A DNA stretch of 60,765 nucleotides from a virus (taxonomy: Duplodnaviria; Caudoviricetes). Position numbers and translations under genes: made by a program. Positions 15,921 to 26,400 of this stretch are shown in pieces. Numbering within the stretch: the stretch's first letter is position 1; every line of letters begins with the position of its first letter. The notes beneath the pieces were generated by a model. That model was not told the DNA's origin. It was given only the letters and a program-made list of their open reading frames with translations, and made no database searches. The stretch covers positions 1-60,765 of the IMG/VR virus record IMGVR_UViG_3300025890_000027; one strand, 5' to 3'.

Positions 15921-18900
15921 ATGACAGGCCAGAGGTGCAGTCAGCCTTTCGATTGCGGTAGTCAATTTAAATGTTTCAGGGGTTTTTGTATTCCTGTGCC
16001 TGAATGCCCGGGAGATGACAATGGATGTACCGCGCCTGGTAGCGAGTGCTTAGAGGCCAGTCAGCCAGAGCCCTTACCAGATCCAGACACTCCTAACTGC
16101 GGGTTAGGTGATCCGAACACGGACCCTTATGTAAGGAAAGATTGCGTTTCTGACTGTAGTATTTTTTGTGATGAATGGAGTAAGATCACTGCAAATCTAA
16201 CGCCTGACAGTGATCTTAAGGGTTGCAGTGTAGATGACGCTTGTAGTGTTTGTAGGGCTTGTAACGAAACAGAGGAAGCTAATGAAGACGCCGTCCAGGC
16301 TGCATCCGACTACTATGATTTACTTATTGATGAAGTAGAAACGCAGAAGCAATTTAAAATAGACGAGTACGAAGAAGGTTTAGACGAACTGACTGATGTG
16401 TACAATCAAACTTATGGCGAACTATATGATACTTACCAGTTATTGCAAGCAGAAAGAAACGAACTGATAAGCCAGCATGACGAATACTTGGATGAACTAG
16501 CCCAACTGATAGCCGAAAGAGACTCATTAACAGATCCAGCTGAAATTGCAGACAAGGATGTTGAAATTGCAGATAAGCAAGCTCAAATTACAGCCATAGA
16601 AGATGAAATAGACGTCAAAAACGATCAAATAAGCGAGAACACGGAGGCCAGAACAGACCTCACTCAGGAGTACTTGGACAACAAAGAGGAGAGAAAAGAT
16701 CAACATGAAGAACAAATTAAAATTACAGATGACTACCTCTATCAACTTAACAAAGAAAAGGCGGATAAGCTGACGTTTTTGAGTAGAACTAGAGGCATTT
16801 GTGGTGACATAAAGCTTCCGAACAGGGCTTGCTATTGCCCGGCTTATATAGACAAAGACAATGGTAGAGTCGTTGATGATTCAGATGGCCGTGAATGTTA
16901 TCTCTGTAACGTTGACAGCGGACACTGGGAATATGAGCCAGAGCTTTGCAGTGTTACCTGCGATCAATGTGTTATTTGCGACAATGGAGATCAGGCGTGT
17001 GCTAGTGTTACCAAAAATCCGAGCGAACCAGGCGACCCGTGTGAATTAGCTAGAAAAAAAGCTGTGACAAAATGCTCGGAGGTGCAGACTGTAATAGATT
17101 GTGCTTATCCGCGGCAAATTTGCGAAGTAAAGGGTCCTCTTTCTAGTGCTTCTTTATCTTGGGAAGAAAAGGACTGGCGAGATTTTCAAGTGCTACGTAT
17201 TCTTCAGACAGGCGGAGATTCAGCAGTCGAAGCTAATGGAGTAACAGCTAAGCTTCGTTTAATAGCTGAATCCGTTTCGGATAACACTCAGTTTCTAGTT
17301 AAAGTTAACAGAGAGGGAACCAGAGTAAATGGAACCGACAGGACAGAATTCGCAACAGTCGACGGGTTGATTACAATAAACACTGAAGACGTATTAAGTA
17401 TTGACGGCAAACCAAAAGTCGAGCTAACCGACAATTCAGATATCAAAAGAGTTGGTAGTACGGTTGAGATTAATGTCGATGATGTGACTACCCAAGTTCC
17501 TTTTCCTAGTTATGAGTACACTTGGTACGCCGATAATAAACAGCTTTATTTGGACGGAGATGGGGAGATTGCTTTGTCAAATATCGGAGAAGATGGCGAG
17601 CCTCTTGGATATGTACACATCGTTACTCTAAGTTCTGTACTTGAGCTTGAAGAAATCTTGGTGGGTATGAATTTGCAAGGAGCGATAAGATTGGTAGATC
17701 CTTCTCAAGCAGAAGAAGAAAGACCCACTAACGAGGATTGGGTTAAGTCCGATCCTTTTGGTCCAATCATTTACGGCAATCGCGAAGAGATTGATGCAGA
17801 AATTTTCATAAGTGCGGATAGCTCTTATAGTACCTACAATGCTATTGTCGTAGACATTAGTTCACTAAATGAGTACAGACCAGAAATTGAACCTATAGCA
17901 ATCAGCTGGGTTGATGCAACTACAGGTGAAAATGTTGGATCAGGTGATTACTTGTACCTTGCAAATTGGGCTCTCCAAAAGCAGTACTACCCAATAGCAA
18001 CTTTCATAAATTTAAATGGAGAACAACAAACTATTACTGGGCCTGTGTCACCTGTTATAGGCCTTACTTCTCCTCCAAGCTTGGATGATTTAAGTGAGGA
18101 TCCCCAGGTTTCTTCATTAGAGCTTTCGAGCTTAAGTCCGAAACAATATGATACTTTAGAAATTTATGGTAATTACAACACTCCAAACGGCAAAAGCGCA
18201 GGGCCTTTTTACAGTTGGAAAAGTAACGGCGATTTTATCTTTAATCAAGTGTCATCAAGTCTAGACATAACGCAAGAAATGGTAGATACCTACTTGTCAG
18301 TTGAAGTGACTTATTTCGATAACTACGGAGTCCCAATCACTCTGTATCCAGACGGTACAGAACTAGTGATAAACGTCCAAGATGATCCCACAGGCTGGGT
18401 CTGGATCCTTGGAGAACCTCAGGAAGGGAGTAAGCTAACTGCTATTGATAATATAGAAGATAAGGACGGAATTCGCGACCAGAAGTACATTTGGTTGCTA
18501 GATGGTATAGCAATTGATGAGTCGCAATATGATTTTCTTTTTGAAGGCAGTAAAAACGAAACACTGTTAATTGGCCCTATCCTTAACAGTGTTGACAGAA
18601 AAATCTCAGTAGCAACAACTTGGACTGACTATCACAAAAACGAGAACGGAGAAGTTAACGAGCATCAAATATTTTCGGACGAAACATTCCCTGTAAAAAA
18701 AGGGCCTGTAGAGGGCAATTTAACCCTTATCGTTGAAAGCAAGGAGTACGTTATTCCTGATCAGTTTTTCGAGCTTGACCTGTCGGTAGCGTCCATAACA
18801 GAAGATGAAGAGCCTTTACAGATTACTTCAATCCTGTGGGAGATTGAAATTGAAAGGCTTAGAGGTGACGGGACCGGATCAAGCGAATTAAGATTTACAG

Positions 18901-20438
18901 CTGGGGAGTACCGGGAGAGTCAGTCAGAACAAGGCGATTATGATGGAGGTATGTGGCCTTACTTTGAAGAGGAAGAGCCTGTCATCGAGGGTCCGCTGGT
19001 TGAAGACGACTGGAACGGCCAGGCCGAAATAGATTGTCCTGATTGTTGGGATTGCTTCGAAAGGTCTACCTACAAAGGCAAAAAAGCGCCACTTGGGTCA
19101 GCCTTTCATCAAAGATGCCCCTACCCAGGTTATCCAGAAGTTAGCTGTGAGGAATCTAAAGAAGATAAATGCAAGCAACTTTGCATTGACTATTGTTGGC
19201 GATGGGAAACAACGGAATCCGATGGGGATCTTCCAAGAGCTCTTGACGAAAACAGCAAGATTGTTGAAAGTTGGGTATCTAAAGGAGTTCGTACATTTAC
19301 AATTGAGACTTGTGTCGAACCCCCACCGGAACTGGACTGCCCTCCACGAGATGGTGGCGCGTATCAATATGCTGTTTATCGATTAGTGACCCCTACTTGG
19401 GATTATTACGAATGCACATGTTCTGTACCTGTCGGACCAAGGCAGACGATTCCAAGTAAGATTGAATACAGTCGGACCGGTCTATCTAAAGGGCCGTGGT
19501 TCCTGAACCCAGAAGAACGCGAGTTTCTTGGCTGGGGAGTTGACGAAATGGCTCAGGCGAATAACCTTAGCTGGAATGATCCTGGTTTCGACTATGGTGA
19601 CCTTCCTTTTGCAAGTGCGTACTTCTGGCCTGACTTAGGCTGCCGTTGGCAAGAATATTTCGACAGCTTGCTCCCTATTGACTGCTATCCACTACCAATA
19701 AGACAAGATTTATGTGGCGGGAATAGTAAGCCTAATCCAGTTCGAGCCTTTGTTGTCACAGATTCTTCGGAAGTCCCAATTAAACAGAATCTAATCCATG
19801 GATGGTCTGCATTTCCATTTCCTTATAATAGCAACCAATTTTGGATCAATCAAAATACAGACGATTACCTCATGCCGGAACAGCTTCCTCCGACATGTAT
19901 TGGAGCGCCTGAGCTTGTAGGAGTTCTTGACCTTCGATCAGTGCCATATAGCTTTTACTCTTCAGACGAGGTCTACCAAGAATTGCTGGCCATGACAAGT
20001 CCCGAGGGCTCTCCCGATATAAGTGAGCAGTTCTATGGCGGATACAGCGAATTTGACTGGATTAATAGTGCAATCCACGTTGGTGACCTTAGGCCGGGAG
20101 ACATAGCTCATCCACCAAGGCCAGAACGCAAAAAGAAAAATACGCCAATTCCTGTCATTGTAGGTCCGAGACTTATCTTGCATGACATATCAGTCGGGAC
20201 ACGGCTAGGTGAAATGCAATCAATTATCCCTCACCTTAGCGGAGTTAAGCCAGAGAGCTGGAGGTTCACAGCGAACAAAGGAGCACTGAGTCCTGATAAT
20301 GTTTTTAAAATTAACTCAGATGGAGTAATCAGTCTAGCGAATCAATCACCTGATCCTGGAAGTTATCAGTTTGAAGTTCAAGCTAGATGGAAAGATGTTT
20401 GGTCTAAAAGTTTTGCCGTTGGCATTGACCTTTTTTAA
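15921..20438 (+). CDS. Large Cys-rich virion protein with coiled coil and Ig-like repeats
   Basis: 1505 aa; Cys clusters, acidic heptad region, repeated Y-x-W...V/M-G/D-x-x-L/I beta modules. Confidence 0.7.
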   Translation: MTGQRCSQPFDCGSQFKCFRGFCIPVPECPGDDNGCTAPGSECLEASQPEPLPDPDTPNCGLGDPNTDPYVRKDCVSDCSIFCDEWSKITANLTPDSDLKGCSVDDACSVCRACNETEEANEDAVQAASDYYDLLIDEVETQKQFKIDEYEEGLDELTDVYNQTYGELYDTYQLLQAERNELISQHDEYLDELAQLIAERDSLTDPAEIADKDVEIADKQAQITAIEDEIDVKNDQISENTEARTDLTQEYLDNKEERKDQHEEQIKITDDYLYQLNKEKADKLTFLSRTRGICGDIKLPNRACYCPAYIDKDNGRVVDDSDGRECYLCNVDSGHWEYEPELCSVTCDQCVICDNGDQACASVTKNPSEPGDPCELARKKAVTKCSEVQTVIDCAYPRQICEVKGPLSSASLSWEEKDWRDFQVLRILQTGGDSAVEANGVTAKLRLIAESVSDNTQFLVKVNREGTRVNGTDRTEFATVDGLITINTEDVLSIDGKPKVELTDNSDIKRVGSTVEINVDDVTTQVPFPSYEYTWYADNKQLYLDGDGEIALSNIGEDGEPLGYVHIVTLSSVLELEEILVGMNLQGAIRLVDPSQAEEERPTNEDWVKSDPFGPIIYGNREEIDAEIFISADSSYSTYNAIVVDISSLNEYRPEIEPIAISWVDATTGENVGSGDYLYLANWALQKQYYPIATFINLNGEQQTITGPVSPVIGLTSPPSLDDLSEDPQVSSLELSSLSPKQYDTLEIYGNYNTPNGKSAGPFYSWKSNGDFIFNQVSSSLDITQEMVDTYLSVEVTYFDNYGVPITLYPDGTELVINVQDDPTGWVWILGEPQEGSKLTAIDNIEDKDGIRDQKYIWLLDGIAIDESQYDFLFEGSKNETLLIGPILNSVDRKISVATTWTDYHKNENGEVNEHQIFSDETFPVKKGPVEGNLTLIVESKEYVIPDQFFELDLSVASITEDEEPLQITSILWEIEIERLRGDGTGSSELRFTAGEYRESQSEQGDYDGGMWPYFEEEEPVIEGPLVEDDWNGQAEIDCPDCWDCFERSTYKGKKAPLGSAFHQRCPYPGYPEVSCEESKEDKCKQLCIDYCWRWETTESDGDLPRALDENSKIVESWVSKGVRTFTIETCVEPPPELDCPPRDGGAYQYAVYRLVTPTWDYYECTCSVPVGPRQTIPSKIEYSRTGLSKGPWFLNPEEREFLGWGVDEMAQANNLSWNDPGFDYGDLPFASAYFWPDLGCRWQEYFDSLLPIDCYPLPIRQDLCGGNSKPNPVRAFVVTDSSEVPIKQNLIHGWSAFPFPYNSNQFWINQNTDDYLMPEQLPPTCIGAPELVGVLDLRSVPYSFYSSDEVYQELLAMTSPEGSPDISEQFYGGYSEFDWINSAIHVGDLRPGDIAHPPRPERKKKNTPIPVIVGPRLILHDISVGTRLGEMQSIIPHLSGVKPESWRFTANKGALSPDNVFKINSDGVISLANQSPDPGSYQFEVQARWKDVWSKSFAVGIDLF

Positions 20439-20497
20439 TAACGTTGTTACTCTTAACTAGCCCCTGGAACCCTATCGTGACAAGAGTCTAGCTCGAC

Positions 20498-23374
20498 GTG
20501 GCACTTTTTTCTGATAACATCACAATTAAGTACGGGTCCGATATGTCGGAGCTGGAGTTCCTAGGCTTATTAGGAAGTCCCCTAAATTCGCTATTCAGAG
20601 GAGAGCTAGCTTTACGCGACGATACTGACGGCATCTTTTTGTATGGAATTAATACTGATGGAGATATAGCTCGAATTGTTCCTGAGTTGTCGGACTTACC
20701 TAGTATTGATATATCTAATCCTCAGCTTGGTAACGCAATAGTATATAATTCGGATAATGGCGCCACTGACCGCCCCCCTGAATACCCAGGGAGGCCTTTA
20801 AATAAATGGATTAATGTACCAGCACCAAAACCTAATCTTTACGCTAATTCTTTAACAGAGCTAGGAGATGTAGACGTATATAACGCGTATGAAGGCCATA
20901 CTCTTGTTTGGGACTCTTCAGCATCCGAGTGGCGGGAAGGGATTAGTGTTGAGATAGCAACGCTAGGAGATTTTCGCGATACCTCTATTGATTTTGTCCC
21001 TATCCAAGGTCAGACTCTTTTATGGAATGCAACGCTTGGAAAATGGGAAAACGGATTCTTCCCAGATAATCTGAATTCGTTGTCTGATGTTGATGTAAGT
21101 ACATCTCTTCCTTTAGACGGCGACGTCTTGCTTTACGATGGACTTCAAGGTTTGTGGGTACCCGGAGTAGTTTCCGGAGGAAATGCTAACGTTTTAATCC
21201 TCGACGATACTGAGGCATTGCCCGTAGCTGAACTGACCACTCTCGGAGTAAGTCAGCCAGAAGGTGAATTTTACTGGATAGAAGAAGACAATACTAATAA
21301 CTGGGCAAAAGCTATAACCGCAGGTGAGGTTTCTTTTGACGACTTCAAAGATGTAGACCTATCGTCTATTCAAGATGGACAAACTCTTCGATGGACCTTT
21401 ATCGATGGTCAATGGAAATTCATTCCATCAGATTATCTGCCAGGAGCTTTTGTTGCATCTTTCAGGGATCTGCATCCATCAGATTTTAGTGAGTTTGCCC
21501 TTGGAACATGCGGTATTGAACGCGGACGATATTTTGCTACTACTAACACTACTGGCCTAGGAATGTATGGCACTTCAGCTGTCGACGGAGGTATTCATGT
21601 CTCTTATGACCTCAGGGATGAAGACAGGACTGTAGATAGTTTCTTTTATGGTTTGTTAAAGTTTCCGTCAGACCTCGAAGATGATGAAATCACAGGCCTC
21701 CGAGGCATTCGCCCTCTCACTGCAAACAGTTCCATTCCTTTTGCTTTAGCGGGAGAGACAGGCTGGAAAGTTGAATTTTGGATAAACGTTTCTGATGTCA
21801 ATCAATCTTCTGAAATACTAGATTATGGTACGATTAAGGTCGAGCTAGAAAACCAAAACATAAAAACAACTTTCTTGTCTGGAGGAGTGACTTACACTAA
21901 TTCATGGATTTTCCCTGATGGTTTAGAAGCAGGCTTGTCTTATTTTGTAGAATTTGGTGTTAGGCCTATTAGCGATTATCCCTCGTGGTACGACGGACCG
22001 ACTATTAACTGCAAAAAAGTTTTCATCAATGGTATTGAGTGCTATAATGAAAATGGCGAACTAGGTAGTGAAACTGCAATAAGTTCGGTTGACACTCCAC
22101 TGGATACACCAGATACAGCAGCTCAAGCATTGCCCGTTATTGGTCGAACCTTTGCCGGCTATCTTGCCAACTTGGCAATGCAGAATAACAGCTTAGCTGT
22201 CTCCGATTTTTCTTTTACAAATAAGCTAGCAAACTGGGGCACTAGACCTATTGGGATGGTCCCCGGTCAGATGGTAATAATGGAGGGCACTGAGGAGAGC
22301 GACCCTAATCGTGACAAATGTTTATGTACAAAAGGATACAATCCTGAAAAATGGGCAACAGACGAAGAGTATTATTCATTTACTAGATTTGGCGATAGTC
22401 TAAGGCTTTTGGACCTAGCGGACGTAGATGAAGAAGCTTTTTCCCAGGAAAGCGGATATTTATATTACGATGCAGCAACCCAAAAGATTACAAAAGCGTC
22501 AGAGAGTCCAACAGACGCAAAGAACTATCGTCTTAGAAACGCAGAAGACGTTAGTTATCGGGATGACAGCAACAATTACATACAAAACAACGCGGTTCTG
22601 GCTTGGAGTACGGAGAGAAACTTATTCCGACCAGTCCCAACCAACTTAAGTTTTAGAATCAATGATGCTGAAGATGTAAATACGGAATCAGGCCTCACCG
22701 AAGGATCTACGCTGCACTGGAATCAATCGGCTGAAGAATGGCAAGTAGCGCCCAATCTTAACGCTGTTGCGGGTGATTTAAACTCTCTGACTGATGTCGA
22801 GGCCCTCTTATCGTTTGAGAATTATACCCTTTTATATAGCGAAGCAAATGGAAAGTGGGTGACAGGCCCGGCCCCCGCCCAAGGAGTCGAAAAGCTAAGA
22901 GACATGGTCGATGTCGACGCTGATGACATAGAAGACGGGCAAATACTTGCATATAATTTTTTAACAAACAAGTGGTCTTCTGCTCCTAAACCCTACCCTA
23001 AAGAGTTAAACGACATTGTTAATGTAGACACAGTTTCTCGTCCTCCTCGCGATGGGCAGGCGCTTACCTGGGATGGAGAACGGTGGTTCCCCGGAGACTT
23101 TGCAAAAGGTGGATCGTCTAGTGTCGAGGGGCTTTATGACGTACAGGTCAAGGAAGCTAGGGAGGGGCAAGTTTTAACCTGGGACGGTACTTACTGGGCA
23201 AACAAAGAAGCGCACTCTGGTCGAGGGGATGGTGGCGACTTCGATACGGGCCAGATAAGAGTTAGCTTTACTTCTGGAGTGTGGGGAGGTGGCGACTTTG
23301 ACTTAGACTCATCAGATCGACCCATGGAAATGCTTGGATTCGGAATCTTTAATGGTGGCGGCGACTTCGACTAG
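20498..23374 (+). CDS. Tail fibre-type protein
   Basis: 958 aa; many L-x-x-L-x-DV...G-x-x-L-x-W repeats; ends with three GGDF motifs. Confidence 0.75.
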   Translation: MALFSDNITIKYGSDMSELEFLGLLGSPLNSLFRGELALRDDTDGIFLYGINTDGDIARIVPELSDLPSIDISNPQLGNAIVYNSDNGATDRPPEYPGRPLNKWINVPAPKPNLYANSLTELGDVDVYNAYEGHTLVWDSSASEWREGISVEIATLGDFRDTSIDFVPIQGQTLLWNATLGKWENGFFPDNLNSLSDVDVSTSLPLDGDVLLYDGLQGLWVPGVVSGGNANVLILDDTEALPVAELTTLGVSQPEGEFYWIEEDNTNNWAKAITAGEVSFDDFKDVDLSSIQDGQTLRWTFIDGQWKFIPSDYLPGAFVASFRDLHPSDFSEFALGTCGIERGRYFATTNTTGLGMYGTSAVDGGIHVSYDLRDEDRTVDSFFYGLLKFPSDLEDDEITGLRGIRPLTANSSIPFALAGETGWKVEFWINVSDVNQSSEILDYGTIKVELENQNIKTTFLSGGVTYTNSWIFPDGLEAGLSYFVEFGVRPISDYPSWYDGPTINCKKVFINGIECYNENGELGSETAISSVDTPLDTPDTAAQALPVIGRTFAGYLANLAMQNNSLAVSDFSFTNKLANWGTRPIGMVPGQMVIMEGTEESDPNRDKCLCTKGYNPEKWATDEEYYSFTRFGDSLRLLDLADVDEEAFSQESGYLYYDAATQKITKASESPTDAKNYRLRNAEDVSYRDDSNNYIQNNAVLAWSTERNLFRPVPTNLSFRINDAEDVNTESGLTEGSTLHWNQSAEEWQVAPNLNAVAGDLNSLTDVEALLSFENYTLLYSEANGKWVTGPAPAQGVEKLRDMVDVDADDIEDGQILAYNFLTNKWSSAPKPYPKELNDIVNVDTVSRPPRDGQALTWDGERWFPGDFAKGGSSSVEGLYDVQVKEAREGQVLTWDGTYWANKEAHSGRGDGGDFDTGQIRVSFTSGVWGGGDFDLDSSDRPMEMLGFGIFNGGGDFD

Positions 23375-23409
23375 AGTTCGGGATCCTAGTAAAACGTTAA
23401 GGCTTGAAC

Positions 23410-26400
23410 GTGGCTTTATTTCCAAAAAACCTGGTATGGAGACACTCGGGAAATTCTTTAGAAGGAATAAGAAGATATATGGCATCATTCCCGGACTCTC
23501 AGGTCCGGCCAGGCGAATTGATAGTTCTGGATGGCCCGGACGCTTACGGGGATCCTCGTGTCTCTCTTATGACGCTAGACCCGTTTCACAATGAGTTAGC
23601 AAGCGTTTTCGGCACGATCGATCAGTTAGCGGATGTGCCATTCCCCTCGAGATTTGCGCTTGATAGAGGAAATTGGCCTCATGGAAGTTGCTTGGTGTGG
23701 TATGAAGTCAGGATGGATGTCCACCCAGACGACCTGTACGGCCCATTAGTCAATTATGGACCGGGTTGGCAGGTTAGACGTGCTTTCCCCTATGACATCT
23801 CTGAAAACTCCGTCGAGGAGTTTTATGATGTAGACTCTGTTTCACTTCCCGAGAAAATCGAAGGAGACTCATTCGTCTACTCTGTAGCTAACAGTCGGTA
23901 TGAGTCAGCTCCGGGTTTTGGCGACCCGTCAAAAAATATTGATCCTTCGGCAGACCTTGATGATTTAGTCGACATAGTCTATACTGAACCAGTTGAGGGG
24001 AATAGTCTTATAAAATGGGATCAAGTTGCAGGAGAATGGAAAAATGTGTATCTAGAGCCTTTCCTATCTACGAGAAGCGATGTAAATTTCAATAATATTA
24101 ATCCAGAGGACCAGCAAGCCTTAGTATATGGTGCTTTCGAGGAAAAGTGGCAAGCGCAAGACATAAGTACAGAAGGGGCTGTAGTTATTCCTGATGGCCG
24201 ACGAAGCAGAAATAAAGAACTCGAGTATTTAGTGCTTCCAGGAACTCATGAAAGCCTGAATGGCAAAATTCTTGATTTTGGGCTAGGCGTCACAAGTGAG
24301 CCGACTCCTTCTCAGCCCCATGGTCATGACTATGTACTAAATGCAGCCTCTGAGATCCGAGCTGAAGGGGTGACATCAGAATTCTGGGAGCGCTTTCCGA
24401 AAGGATCTTTTTATTTTGAGGCTCCTCCTGGGCTCGACTATGGCTTTTTACCTTATTATGAAAGAACAGGCTTAGCTAGAGAACGGTATGACCACAAAGA
24501 AGTACAAGGGCTATCAAAGGAGTCTCGCTTCCAAGATATTAGTGTCTCCTCTAATATAACCCCTATACCGGGATTGCTTAATCCTTCTGGGCAATATTAT
24601 GGCGACTATACTATTCAGTTTTGGTTTCGCATGGCGACCGATGCTGTTGAAGGCATTGACGACCGAACACTGTTTTCCTTATACGCCTACGGGCTAGGTG
24701 GTGGAGGCGATGAACTAAGCGTTGTAATCACAAAGAAGGGTGGTGAGCGATACATTAATAGCCCTCCCCATGCTATGTCACTAGTAGTAAGATATCCTCG
24801 CTCTGGAGTTTTTCCTTGGATTACTGAGCGGGACCTTCTATTTAATATTTATCCTGATATCGATTACCATGTAGCTGTCCAATGGGACGCAGAAGCACAA
24901 AGGCTCAAGACTTGGGTGGATGGTTCATTAAGGCTAGCCTTTGAAACTCCTGACTTAGATAGCTTTAAGTACATCGATCTTGAGAGCCTCTTCATAGGTC
25001 GAAACATGAGAGGGTATATTGCTGATTTCAATATAACGTTAACTACTGAGTACAATGAAGACTATGTCGAGCGACTCGCTTACTCAAAGGATTTCAATCC
25101 TCCCGGTCACTGGGGCAGAAAACTAGTAGAAGGACCCAAGGCGTCGTTAAAAACATTAGGGTTAACTAGAACGGGCCTCTTTAGCTGGATTTCACAGGAA
25201 CAGCCATATGCTTGGACTACTGCATTTGGCCGAAATCAATTTGATACAGTTAGTCAGTCTTTAGATATAAACTACGGGAGCCTTCTCTCTGGTAATATTT
25301 TGAGTTGGAACGCTGCTGAAGGGAAATTATCTTCAACCAAGTCGATACTAGCAGGAGATGATTCTGTTTCTAAGAATCCAGGAGATCTCGCCGGCACGGC
25401 ATTTAATTCAGTAATAGATGCTGCTTATTATAAGATTGGCCAAGGAACTCAAACAGGCAACATTAAGCCTATGGATTATCACAGGAAAGGAGATTTTCCT
25501 TACAATGATGCCGGAAGCAACTATTTTTGGGGGGGAGAATTAAGTTTTAAAGCCCCGGTCAATTTAGCAGGCCTCCCAAGCGTGGTTTCCCTTCCATCAG
25601 GAAAAGCTTGGCAGATTCCTCACGATAGAAAATACAGCGATTTATTTGAGAATCAGACTAGCTCTTATTTAAGTCTAAACAGAGAGAGGGACACTGAAAT
25701 TGAGGATTGGAGACAGGGGTTACCCTCTGAACAAAACTCTTTCCTTTCTTGGGGCTTTAGATTTAAGCTAAACGAAGCGATAAGTGATTATGGATCGACG
25801 ACAATCGCCCAGGGTGGTGATGTTTCATTAAGAGTAGAAGGAGGTTTCTTCACAATAGATGTTAGCCTCCGGATTAGCTCTGGATACTTTCCTGACGGGT
25901 TTACATTAACTAATGAATGGATATATGAAAACGGGTTCTTTGAAAATGCAACAATAACTCTTCCGGGCGAAAATGTTGTTGCTGATCGTGATTATGAAAT
26001 CTCGATCTTAGCAGACTCGATAGAAGGGAAGTTCAGCGTGTACTTAAATGGCAGGCGTCAATACATAATTGTACAGGCCCCATTTCCTTCTCCGGGATCC
26101 ACATCAACTTCAGTTGAAGTGTTTTCCCAAGAGAGTAATGCAGGATTGCCTCAATACCTTGCTATCGGAAATTATTCTAGAGACATTGATCATGCTCTAT
26201 CGCCTACTTTATTTTCCGGCGGAACTGCTTGCCTTTACGGTGCTTTTTTTAGTTTTGATCGCAGAGAAGACTTTAAGCATCAGCGCTACTATGATTTCAG
26301 TGCTTTCTATGATGCCAGGATTAGTCAGCCCGGGGTATCTTTATTCACCGGAGCTAGATCTCAAAGTCCGGGATTTTCTGACTATTTTAGTTTAAACTAT

